From Octopus vulgaris (Eukaryota), in NCBI GenBank assembly GCA_951406725.2, contig OX597835.1:36952001-37016000 (forward strand): 64,000 nt of DNA, in the 5' to 3' direction. Numbering within the stretch: position 1 is the first letter of the stretch; every line of letters begins with the position of its first letter. Below are positions 53,095 through 64,000 of this stretch, piece by piece. Under the pieces are notes generated by a model. The model was not told the DNA's origin and searched no databases. It was given only the letters and a program-made list of their open reading frames with translations. The position numbers and the translations under genes are program-made.

Positions 53095-54500
53095 CATGTC
53101 CCCCCCATCACCACTTGACAACTGAAGTGAGTGTGTATACATCCCTGTAACTTAGTGGTTTGGCAAAAGAGACTGATAGAATAAGTACTAGGTTTATAAA
53201 GAATAAATCTTGGTGTCGATTTCTTTGACTGAAACCCTTCAAGGTAGTGTTCCAGCATGGCCACAGTCAAATGACTGAAACATATAAAAATATATATATA
53301 TATGGTGGCACGTAAAAAGCACCATCCGAACGTGGCCGATGCCAGCGCCGCCTTGACTGGCTTCTGTGCCAGTGGCACGTAAAAAGCACCAACTGATTGT
53401 GGAAGCTGCCAGCCTCCCTTGGCACCTGTGCTGGTGGTATGTAAAAAGCACCCACTACACTCACGGTGGAGGAAGGGCATCCAGCTGCCAGATCAAACTG
53501 GAGCCTGGTGCAGCCTTCTGGCTTCCCAGACCCTGGTTGAACCGTCCAACCCGTGCTAGCACGGAAAACAGACATTAAACGATGATGATGATATATATAT
53601 ATGTATACATGAACGCGTGCACATATACATACATATATAGATACATGCATACGTATACACAGGCACATGTGATGGGCTTCTCCGTTTCCATCTATGATAT
53701 TTACTCACAATGCACTGGTCAGCTTGGGGCCAGTATAGAAGACACTCCATGAAGGTGCTGAACACTGGGACTGAACTCAGAACCATGTGGTCGCAAAGCA
53801 AGCTTTTTAATCACGCAGCCAAGTCTGCACTTACTATATACAGGTTTGAGTATGTGTGTACGTATATGTGCACCAGGGCCCTCAAATACACTTCTAGCAC
53901 CAACAGATGTAATTTCACCATCAAAACCTCCATCCACTATCATCACAAAACACCAACCACATCCCTATAGCTAGAGCACCTGCTGCTTTGATCTTGTTAC
54001 CATCTCCATAGTGGTAATAAGGAATACATTGGTAGCAGTCTTAGTAATGGTATCGGTTGTTGTACAAGTGGGTGTTGGTAATGAGCGGTTGAGGCATAAT
54101 CCGAGCGCAGACTGTCTGTCTGCCATCGTATTACACTGTACTGGGAAGGTGAAATCTAAACATGTTAACAGTTATTGCGGCTGCTGTTATTAATTGTTGG
54201 GATAATTGGAGTGATGGTCATGGTGGGAGCAGTGACCAGAAAAGTGCACAGGGTGAGACTTAACTATAGTTTGCATACTATTTACTATTTTACTTGTTTC
54301 AGTCATTTGACTGAGGCCATACTGGAGCACCACCTTTAGTCGAGCAAATCAACCCCAGGACTTATTCTTTGTAAGCCTAGTACTTACTCTATCAGTCTCT
54401 TTTGCTGAACCGTTAAGTTACGGGGACATAAACACACCAGCATCGGTTGTCAAGCGATGTTGGAGGGACAAACACATATATGTATACATATACATACATA

Positions 54501-54540
<40 letters not shown>

Positions 54541-55475
54541 CACATATATACAACGGGCTTCTTTCAGTTTCCGTCTACCACTTACAAGGCTTTGGTCGGC
54601 CCGAGGCTATAGTAGAAGACACTTGTCCAAGGTGCCACGCAGTGGGACTAAACCCGGAACCATGTAGTTGGTAAGCAAGCTACATACCACACACAGTCAA
54701 GAAAAATTTTATAACATTATCCCAGAACTTCGATTCTGATAAGCAGATAACCTTAAATTCATTTAACCCTCTAGCACTGACATTTTGCTATCAAAAGTAA
54801 TACTTATTAATTCACACTGTTTTGAATTAATCATGCATTGACTTGTAGCTTTGAGATTTTAATGAAGTAACTACTAGGTGTAGGAGTGACTGTGTGGTAA
54901 GTAGCTTGCTTACGAGCCACATAGTTCTGGGTTCAGGCCCACTGCGTGGCACCTTGGGCAAGTGTCTTCTAATATAGCCTCTGGCCAGCCAAAACCTTGT
55001 GAGTGGATTTGGTAGATGGAAACTGAAAGAAGCCCATCGTATATATATGTATATATATGTGCGTGTATGTTTGTGTGTCTGTGTTTGTCCCTCTAGCATT
55101 GCTTGATTACCGATGATGGTGTGTTTATGTCACGTAGTGGTTCGGCAAAAGAGACCGATAGAATAAGTACTGGGCTTACAAAGAATAAGTCCTGGGGTCG
55201 AGTTGCTCGATTAAAGGCGATGCTCCAGCATGGCCGCAGTCAAATGACTGAAACAAGTAAAAGAGTAAAGAGTGTGTGTGTCTATGTTTGTCCCTCCAGC
55301 ATTGCTTGACAACCAATAGTGGTGTGTTTACATCCCCGTAACTTAGCAGTTAGGCAAAAGAGACCGATAGAATAAGTACTGGGCTTACAAAGAATAAGTC
55401 CTGGGGTTGATTTGCTCGACTAAAGGCGGTGCTCCAGTATGGCCACAGTCAAATGACTGAAACAAGTAAAAGAGT
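52870..55475. mobile_element. Cluster of SINE A copies in alternating orientation (52870-53290 +, 54287-54695 -, 54876-55475 + with duplicated 3' half) and family C (53303-53590 +)
   Basis: Consensus matches as for the other copies. Confidence 0.85.
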
Positions 55476-55789
55476 ATTAATTTTTCTAGAATGATATTGT
55501 AGGGTTAGTATGAAGGGCTATGTTTGGGCCTGATATGGCTTAAGTACTAAAGGGTTAAATATTGTATTTAGGACCAATTAATTTTGTTAACATCTGTGGT
55601 AATAATAAATGATTACATGTGATAATAAGTTTGCTTCCCAACCACATGTTTCTGGGTTCAGTCCTACTGCATGGCAACTTGGGCAAGTGTCTTCTGCTAC
55701 AGCCTTGGATTGACCAAAGCCTTGTGAATGAATTTGGTAGACCGAAGACGAAAGAAGCTCATATAGATGATTGTGTGTGTGTGTTATAC

Positions 55790-56558
55790 CTCCAGTCATC
55801 TTCCTACATGGCTTCCATCAAGTGCCTAGAGGTGGTAGTGCTGGCCTGGGTCAAGAGGGGGGCTGCTGGAAGACCCTATGTCTGTCGACAGGACTCTGCA
55901 CCATGCTGCACAAGCAGAAGAACCCAGTCATGGCTGTCAAATAATTTCTGTGACAACATCACCCCATAACATCTGGTTACCCCTTCAGGGTTGGCGAAAG
56001 TGATGTGGTGGACAACATAAAACCTGGCTGATGACAGTCAAGGCTGATCTGGAACCCAACCTAGGACCCCATATCTACGGCGTTCGCCGCTGGAATAAGG
56101 AGTGGTTGGAGATCATGGGGTCGTTAGCCTCAAATTGCCAGGTCTGGTCAGCGTTTGTGAGAGATGCAGCATTGAGGATGAATGAAGCCAGCTCAACCCA
56201 CCCCGGGTGAATGCTGTCTCAAGACAAGACCTAACTCATCAGACTGCAACCTCTTTATTATGTGTGGTGTGCAGTTGAGCGAGAGACCAACAAAACTCCT
56301 TGAAACACAAAAGATGAACTGAGGGCAAGGATTATGGCAGCATTCACCAATTTAAATGAGGACTGTCCAGAAGAGCTGCAGGAGATTCCAAAGTCGTCTG
56401 GAGGCCGTGGTTGAAGGCAATGGCGATTTTATTGAATAAATTTACTCTTTAATATTTCAAGATATTTTAATGTAATTTTGGTAAATCTGTTAAAATGGGG
56501 TGTCAATGTTATTTTCATTTTTGCCTAATTCAGACGACAGTTTATTCACCACACCCTG
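55790..56558 (+). mobile_element. maT (DD37D) transposon 3' half, interrupted by an RTE fragment (55980-56230)
   Basis: GRPYVCRQDSAPCCTSRRTQSWLSNNFCDNITP..|PNSSDCN..YVWCAVERETNKTP. D-D spacing is ~37 after removing the insert. TIR ...CACCACACCCTG|TA. The insert matches 43590-43833 and has a (CAAGA)n tail. Confidence 0.85.
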
Positions 56559-57022
56559 TATATAGTGAGGGCACATGACCTTTCACTGCCCCTCACTGTT
56601 TTTAGGATTGAGGATAATTAAGCTATTATTTCTAGCATGTTGATCTACTGTGTAGAGGTTCTCACTAATCAAGGGTTATCTGACTAAAGAGTAGTCAATT
56701 GTGTTGGAAGGTAGTCAAAATTTTCAATTTTGGTTTTGTATGTATGTATGTGTGTGTGTGTGTGTGTGTGCATGTATGCACACGTGTGTGCATGAATGTA
56801 TATAGCTGTATAAGGACTGACCGTAGATTGATTCTAATTTGCTCAATTATAATTTAATGTATTCAAATATTGATGATATTCTTATTTAAAATCAAAAATT
56901 TAAATTAACAAAGTCTAAATCAAATGTGTATGTGTGTGTGTGTGGTTTGCTAAATTGGGCTGCAAGTAGCAGATTATGCTTCTTTGGAAGATTATATGCT
57001 ACATATGTATGTGTGTGTGTGT

Positions 57023-57072
<50 letters not shown>

Positions 57073-57209
57073 GTGTATTCATAGCATATAGTTTTGCAAA
57101 GCAGCATAATCTACTACTTGTAGCCCGATTTGGCAAACCATGTCCTGCCAAAAGTCGACATAAAATATGTAACACTATTGATTCAATGAACTATATTTTC
57201 CCCTTTATA

Positions 57210-57510
57210 TCTATATCTATAAACGCCAAAATGTCTGTCTGTGTGTGTGTGTATCCTTTATACAAATCCACAATTTTTCAGTTAGAGGGCTCGCACTTTC
57301 TATGGTCATTCAAAACCGTCCAAGGGTGGTCGTGCACATCTTTACATTTCCCCAGTCACACAGCAAAGCCATTAAAAAATCAATAGAAGTGACTTTTTTG
57401 TGAATTTTCTATCCAAAACCCAATCAAAATGCCCGAAACTTGATTCGCCAATTGAATGCCAGCGAGCTGTATGTGATTGGTCGGAGATTTGGACAGTACT
57501 CGCGTGTATA
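57210..57510 (+). mobile_element. Non-autonomous Helitron (same family as 45193-45548), 3'-truncated
   Basis: TCTATATCTATAAACGCCAAAATGTCTGTC 5' end; body is the reverse complement of 45250-45548. Confidence 0.78.
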
Positions 57511-57557
57511 TTCTGCAGTTACTTGTAATTTTCTTCATTTTATTTATCATTATCATT

Positions 57558-57854
57558 ACGGAGATGTACTTGCATAGTGAGTGACTTGATCTGAGATCGT
57601 GTGCTGGAACGAAAACAATTGCAGCGTGGAAGGTGTTTATAAGCCATTTAAGAAACACACAAAGGCCGTTCGCTTCACTTCAACGTTTAAATTTAATTTG
57701 TCAAAAGAGATGCAGCACAAAGCTTTGTCAGTGAACAGGTCGCAGTCTCAAAGCGACGAAAATATTTTGACAAATTAAATTTAAATGTTGAAGTGAATCG
57801 AACGGCTTTTGTGTGATTCTTAAATGGCTTATAAACACCTTCCACACTGCAATT
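57558..57854. mobile_element. (ATT)n-flanked fold-back element with a hammerhead-like junction (family H6)
   Basis: 90-bp arms 57617-57706 / 57765-57854. TTTGTCA-GTGAACAG-GTCGC..GCGAC-GAAA-ATAT-TT-TGACAAA at 57724-57774. Confidence 0.75.
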
Positions 57855-58109
57855 ATTATTATTATTATTATTAAGGTAGTGAGCTGGCAGAATCGTTAGC
57901 ATGTTAGGCAAAATGCTTAGCGGTATTTCGTCTGCTGCTACGTTCTGAGTTCAAATTCCACTGAGGTCGACTTTGCCTTTCATCCTTTTGGGGTTGATAA
58001 ATTAAGTACCAGTGAAACACTAGAGTCAATGAAATCGACTAACCCCCTCCTCCTAAATGTCAGGCTTTGTGTCTATATTATTATTATTATTATTATTATT
58101 GTTATTATT

Positions 58110-58317
58110 CAGTAATGTCTGTTGTCACTTTTCCATGCTGAACATTTGAGCCCCAGGTAAACCTCTTTTCCAGCTGATTAACGACACACAGCTTGTGATT
58201 GATATATAGCGAGTAAGGAGGTTGTGTGTCATTAATCAGCTGGAAATGATATTTTCCTGGGTTAAAATGTAACATTTCTCCGCATGGAACAGCCACGCAA
58301 AAGTGGCAACATTACTG
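58110..58317. mobile_element. Palindromic MITE-like element (CAGT...ACTG ends)
   Basis: Nested inverted segments along its whole length; 24-bp inner stem 58167-58190 / 58223-58246. Confidence 0.7.
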
Positions 58318-58395
58318 TTTAGTATCGTTACTACTTGAATCTCTTTCAGAGATTTTAAAACCCAGCTAATTTAGATTATTATTATTATTATTATT

Positions 58396-59190
58396 GAGTG
58401 AGAGAGCAGTGCATGCCATCAAAGTGACACTGGGGTAAAATATATGAAGCCCAGTATACCCATCATGACTACCCGTTTGATAAGGGTACACTAGGCACAT
58501 GCATCACAGACATATGTGCGCGACATAGTGATCTCATATTAAGATAAACAGCACATGACCTTGCAGGTGGGGCCCAGTTAGAATTTTCTTCTGGTCGAGT
58601 AACCCATCCCGCTCAAAAGGTCCTTGAATAAGGGTTGTTTAAGGATGTTGAAAGAACCACACATGTTTCTAGAGGTGAATTATTCAAACCCCAAAGAATC
58701 CCTTTCAACACATGGTTATGATGCTCTCCCACTACTTCTGCTCGTGATCTGAGTTACACATTGCCAGCCACTAAGGGACATGCTCAACTGGTTACGGTCA
58801 AACAACTGACAAGCAAATCTGTGGTATTGAACAGAATATTTGCTGTAGCCCATCTTTTATACCAAGACAAAACAATGTACATGATAACACCTCCAATTGG
58901 TTAAGATCAGAAGCCATGAGAGCTACTGCCTGGTACTGCATCAGGGCATTTATTATTATTATTATTATTATCATTATTATTACTATTTATTTTTTTTCTT
59001 CTTTCTTCAAATTTTCTTCCATTTCTTGCTGAATGTTTTCCGTACACCTAGGGCAGAAAAGCTCATTGTATGCATTCCCAGATTACACACGCAAAATTCA
59101 CAGGTAAAATATGTATTTTAAAAAAAATTAACATATAAATAAATTCATGAATGGATGTTGTTTTCACAGCGATATTGTTTTGTTGTATAT
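58396..59190 (-). mobile_element. Two non-coding inserts bounded by (ATT)n (58396-58948 and ~58990-59190); possibly Dong/R4-mobilised
   Basis: Each is flanked on both sides by (ATT)n and has no ORF. Clade assignment rests only on the known (TAA)n target preference of Dong. Confidence 0.45.
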
Positions 59191-59229
59191 CATTATAATT
59201 ATTATTATTATTATTGTTGTAGCTTCAAA

Positions 59230-59267
59230 ATGCCAGGCAGAAAAAGGGGCCCCAAGTCTCATGCGCG
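59230..59267 (+). CDS. Coding part of a 45-nt host exon (59223-59267): MPGRKRGPKSHA(R); gene not identified
   Basis: ttgttgtAG|CTTCAAAATG CCA GGC AGA AAA AGG GGC CCC AAG TCT CAT GCG CG|GTAAGT. Consensus acceptor, AAA-ATG context, perfect donor, GC-rich island in AT-rich DNA. Confidence 0.72.
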
Positions 59268-59460
59268 GTAAGTAGTACTTGCTTATTTAAATTTTCATAA
59301 ACTCAGATGTCATTGGTGTTTGCTTTTAGGGAGAACAACAAAATGCATATCTGTACAATTTAGAGCTGAGTAACTGTGTGCTGCAGGGTTTTTTTTTTTG
59401 ATGTGCCTGTTTTTTCTGGCAAATTTCTTGTCAATGTTTGTGTGTATATATATATATATA

Positions 59461-59751
59461 TAATCAAAATAAGCAACAAGAATGACTCCGGTAGTTTGGT
59501 ACGATCGTTTAGTACTACATCATTTTATTAAATGTTGTAAGTATTACAACAGATTTAAGATGCTGAGTACTCATCAGCCACATTTAATAAAATGATGTAG
59601 TATCAAACGATCGTACCAAATTACCGGAGTCATTCTTGTTGCTTATTTTGATTATAATCAACCCACGGATTTTTATGGATAACACCATACAAAATATTCT
59701 GGTGCATCTAAATTAAGTACTATATTCATTTGAATCTAAATTTTTGCTGAA

Positions 59752-59754
<3 letters not shown>
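59461..59754. mobile_element. Family H1 element with inverted arm, inside (TA)n
   Basis: Arms ~59459-59535 / 59580-59656; the right part is homologous to 590-750. Confidence 0.8.
59497..59580 (-). ncRNA. Type I hammerhead (family H1), GAAA mutated to TAAA
   Basis: TGG-CTGATGA-GTACT...AGTAC-TAAA-CGATCG-TA-CCA on the minus strand. Confidence 0.7.
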
Positions 59755-59822
<68 letters not shown>

Positions 59823-60683
59823 GTTGCCAGGTGCAGGCATGGCTGTGTGGTGAAAGAAATTTACTTTGTGACCACATGGTTTTGGGTTCAGTCCTACTGA
59901 TGTGTGGGGTCTTGGTCATGTGCCTTCTATTATAGCCCCGAGATGACCAGTGCTTTGTGTGTGGATTTGGTAGATGGAAACTGTGGAAACCCGTTTTGTG
60001 TGTGTGTGTATGTGTATGCAAGAGAGAGATAAGTTGTGATACAGTTTCTATCTAAAATTTCATGTATAAGGCATTAGTCAGTACAAGGCTCTGCTTGGAG
60101 ACACTTGCCCAAGATACCGTGCAGCGGAATTGAAACCTGATATCTGTGGTTGCACAGCAGATGTTTTAAACACCCTCAAGCCTTCACCTCTCTCCCTCAT
60201 TCTCTCTTACTGTCTGTTTTTCATTCCCCTCCTACCTTGTTCCCATTACTAGACTCTCACAGAGGCAATGTGGATACAGTGTTGGACCACCGACACAGAC
60301 ATATTAAGCGCAACGTCATTGCATGCTTTCATTTTTTTATATTTGGTTTTGCAAAATTCTTGATGTGAACTCATGTTGAAATATACATTGTTGTATCTCG
60401 AGTGGGTCATTATGCCAATAGTAAACAAACACACGCACTGGTTGTATTTCACATCTTTATTTTTTTTTTTATTAGTCAGTCATTTAACCATTTAACTAAT
60501 TGACTAATCCATTGTTTGATTAGCCATTCAATCAATCAGTCAATCATTGCATATATTTTGTGTGACCTCACTTAATTTTGATCATCTCTGCTCACTTTTG
60601 TGTTGTTATTGTTGTTGAGTATACCTACAATCTAAGGCGTTCCAATGCTGACCGTTCACCTTTTTTTGTATCTATGACTACAT

Positions 60684-61075
60684 TAAGGCGGCGAGCTGGC
60701 AGAATGGTTAGCACACCGGGCGAAATGCTTAGCGGTATTTTATGTGCCGCTACGTTCTGTGTTCAAATTCCACTGAGGTAGACTTTGCCTTTCATCATTT
60801 CGGGGTCAATTAAATAAGTACTAGTTACGCACTGGGGTCGATATAATCGACTTAATCCCTTTGTTTGTCCTCTCTGTGTTTAGCCCCTTGTGGATAGTAA
60901 AGAAATAGGTATTTCTTCCTGTTGTTTAGGTTTAGAGTTCAAATTCTGCCAAGATCGACTTCGCCTTTCATCCCTTTGGCTGGTCGATGAGATAGAAGTA
61001 CCAGTAAAATACTGAGGTCAATGTAATCGAATTGCTCCTTCCCCCCACAAAATTGCTGGCCTTGCGCCAAAATTA
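60684..61075 (+). mobile_element. SINE family B dimer (young unit + old unit)
   Basis: Junction AGAAATAG|GTATTTC at 60908/60909. Confidence 0.85.
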
Positions 61076-61249
61076 GAAAGCATATATAGATATTTAAAAT
61101 ACGGCGAGCTGGTAAAAGTGTTAGTGCGTCGGACAAAATGCTTAGCAACATTTCTTCCAACTCTTTATATTCCAAGTTCAAATTCTGCCATGGTCATGTT
61201 TTCCTTTTATCCCTACGGAGTTCATAAAATAAAGTACCGGTCAAGAGTT

Positions 61250-61810
61250 GGCGCGTGGCTTAGTGGTTAGGGTATTGGACTCATGAGCCTAAGATTGTAG
61301 TTTCGATTCCTGCACCTGGCGATGTGTTGTGCTCTTGAGCAAAACACTTCATTTCACGTTGCAAAACACTTCACATTGTTCCGGTCCACCCAGGTGGCAA
61401 AAACGAGTACCACTAGTGGAGGCATATCGCTTAGTGGTTAGGGTATTGTATTCACGCCCGTGTGATTGTGGTTTCGATCCCTGGACCGTGTGATCCATTG
61501 TGTTCTTGAGCAAAACACTTTATTTCGCGTAGCTCCAGCCCACTCAGCTGTAGAAATGAGTTTAGCCTGGGGAGGGATGGGCTCTGCCAGGATTTCTGGT
61601 CCTAGATACGCTGCATGGCTGCAGTGTCCCTACGACCCCCAAGGGGTTAAAACCTTGTCAGTTGCCAAGCATTGGGTCCGATGTAATTGCTGGCCTTGGA
61701 CTCTGCAACGAACTGGCGTCCCATTGAAGGGTTATGTTATAAAGTCGGTTGATCGCACACCATGGAAACTGGGGAACCAGCCTTATGGGTATTAGGTCCA
61801 AGAAAACAAA
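61250..61810 (+). mobile_element. Two tandem family E SINE heads plus body
   Basis: GGCGCGTGGCTTAGTGGTTAGGG..GTTTCGATTCC at 61250, with a similar head at ~61420; CTTGAGCAAAACAC and CCACTCAGCTGTAGAAATGAGT blocks. Confidence 0.8.
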
Positions 61811-62242
61811 CAGAAAGCTCGTCTTGTGTGCTCTTCATATTTCTCAGATGGAAGAATGGTATTTGAAAAAGATTTGGAATGGTCAGCTTCCGTTTGTGAT
61901 TGGAGCCGACTCGATTCAACCCGAGGGAATGCTGATCCACTCTCAAGTGCAAAGACCAGATGAGACTGGGTGGGGGGCGGGAGTTTATTGAGGCATATTT
62001 CTTACAGCCGGATGCCCTTCTTGTTGCCAACCCATATCTGTTTCCAAACAGTATATTTCCCATGGTCAGACTTATAACAACGAGCTTCTATGCAGTTTCC
62101 GTCTACCAAATTCAACCCACAAGGCATTGACCGGCCCGGATGAGGCTATAATAGAAGACACTTGCTCAAGGTGTCACTCAGTAGCAAAGAACCAGAAACT
62201 AACATGGTTGCAAAGCAGTGAAATCTTACGATACATATATAT

Positions 62243-62651
62243 ATTTCTTTACTGCCCTCAAGGGGCTAAACAAGGATAGACAAACGGATTAAGTCGATTA
62301 CATCGCCTCCAGTGCGTAACTGGTACTTTATTTATCGACCCCGACCAGCCAAAGGGATGAAAGGCGAAGTCGATCTTGGCAGAATTTGAACTCTAAACCT
62401 AAACAACAGGAAGAAATACCTATTTCTTTACTACCCACAAGGGGCTAAACACAGAGAGGACAAACAAAGACAGACAAAGGGATTAAGTCGATTATATCGA
62501 CCCCAGTGCATAACTGGTACTTATTTAATCGACCCCGAAAGGATGAAAGGCAAAGTCGACCTCGGCGGAATTTGAACTCAGAACGTACCGGCAGACGAAA
62601 TACGGCTACGCATTTCGCCTGGCGTGCTAACGTTTCTGCCAGCTCGCCGCA
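62243..62651 (-). mobile_element. SINE family B dimer
   Basis: Junction at ~62419/62420. Confidence 0.85.
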
Positions 62652-63489
62652 TAACGATACATATATATATATATGTATAATATATCCGGCGAAGAGGTAG
62701 GCTCGAAACATCAGACTCTTTCTTTTTTCCGAGCGTCAAGCTAATACATTCCTTGTGCATGTCTTTTTGTTAATTTTATTATTATTATTATTATTATTTA
62801 GAATTCACTCTCTCTCTCTCTCTGTGTATACACACACACACACACACACACACACATATTATGCAGATCACTCGCTCGCTTGGTATTTTTCTCCTACCCT
62901 AGTTTAGATATTAACACACCCAGGCCAAGTTATTTAATCATTTGTCTCTTTTTTTCTGTTGACGGAAAGCTGTGAAAAAATAATAATAATAATAATAATA
63001 GTAAAGAAAAAAGGCGTGGCCGTTGTAATGGTAGTGATGTGTCCGTGTGCTTGCTTGTGGGAGGGACTGTGTGTATAGTGGAGGATCGTAGTACAAGTTT
63101 TATGAATGACTTGTTTTTGATGTGGTTACAATGTTAGTCTTGTGGTTGCTGTTGCTGGACAATTCCAACACTCTGGATTCCATTGTTACCTGGAATGCTC
63201 GTTCCAGGTCGATTTTTTTTCGAACTTTGTGTGTGGCTGTGTGGTAAGAATTTTGTTTCCCCACCACATAGTTCCGGGTTCAGTTCCACTACGTGGCACC
63301 TTAGGCATGCGTCTTCTACTATAGCTTCGAGCTGACCAAAGCCTTGTGGAGTAGATTTGGTAGACGGAAACAGAAAGAAACCCGTCGCATGCGTGTGTGT
63401 ATGTGTTTGTCCGCTCCCCCTTCATCGGCTGACAACCGGTTGAAGTGTTTACGTCCCCGTAAGTTAACGGTTCGACAAAGAAGAAAAAC

Positions 63490-63848
63490 TAGGAGTGGCT
63501 GTGTGGTAAGTAGTTTGCTTACCAACCACATGGTTCCGGGTTCATTCCCACTGCGTGGCACCTTAGGCAAGTAAGTGTCTTCAACTATAGCCTCGGGCCG
63601 ACCAAAGCCTTGTGAGTGGATTTGGTAGACGGAAACTGAAAGAAGCCTGTCGTATATGTGCGTATGTTTGTCCCCTCAACATCGCTTGATAACCGATGCT
63701 GGTGTGTTTACGTCCCCGTAACTTAGCGGTTCGGCTAAAGAGACCGATAAAATAAGTACCAGACTTACAAAGAATAAGAACTGGGGGTCGATTTGCTCGA
63801 TTAAAGGCGGTGCTCCATCATGGCCGCAGTCAAATGCGAGCGTAAAGA

Positions 63849-63850
<2 letters not shown>
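63490..63850 (+). mobile_element. SINE family A (older copy directly upstream at 63230-63490; family C begins at 63897)
   Basis: Consensus head and tail. Confidence 0.88.
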
Positions 63851-63899
<49 letters not shown>

Positions 63900-64000
63900 C
63901 GTTAGGAAGGGCATCCAGCCGTAGAAACACTGCCAGATCTGACTGGGCCTGATGAAGCCTTCCAGCTTCACAGACCCCAGTTGAACCGTCCAACCCATGC

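Noticed and set aside
63188-63220. Hairpin plus T8 resembling an intrinsic or Pol III terminator
   Set aside because: Eukaryotic context with no identifiable upstream Pol III gene; an 8-bp stem is expected by chance.

Overview
Repeat-saturated, AT-rich animal DNA. The SINE families look like those of Octopus/coleoid cephalopods, but that is recognition from memory, not a search. There is no intact long gene, and nearly all ORFs in the track are microsatellite or SINE read-through. The best host-gene signals are on the + strand: a CCAAT/CpG promoter with a probable non-coding first exon (~12.05-12.68 kb, donor GAG|GTGAGT) and a clean 45-nt exon at 59223-59267 (MPGRKRGPKSHAR). If these are joined, most of the window is a ~46.5-kb intron. 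The rest is a nested TE landscape: five SINE-type families; RTE/BovB and CR1 LINE ends; a Penelope-like RT N-terminus; Helitron pieces; DD34D, DD37D and DD41D Tc1/mariner relics; hAT and piggyBac-type MITEs; and seven copies of an 8-bp-TSD MITE carrying TTAGGG repeats. The most interesting signal is a set of short elements sitting in (TA)n or (ATT)n microsatellites, several as fold-back inversions. They carry minimal type-I hammerhead-ribozyme folds from at least five unrelated sequence families; one family shows compensatory base changes and several have non-canonical cores. A second notable pattern is a SINE that repeatedly joins its 3' end to the same internal position of another copy of itself. 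Coordinates were counted by hand; SINE and LINE ends are approximate, to about 10-20 nt.
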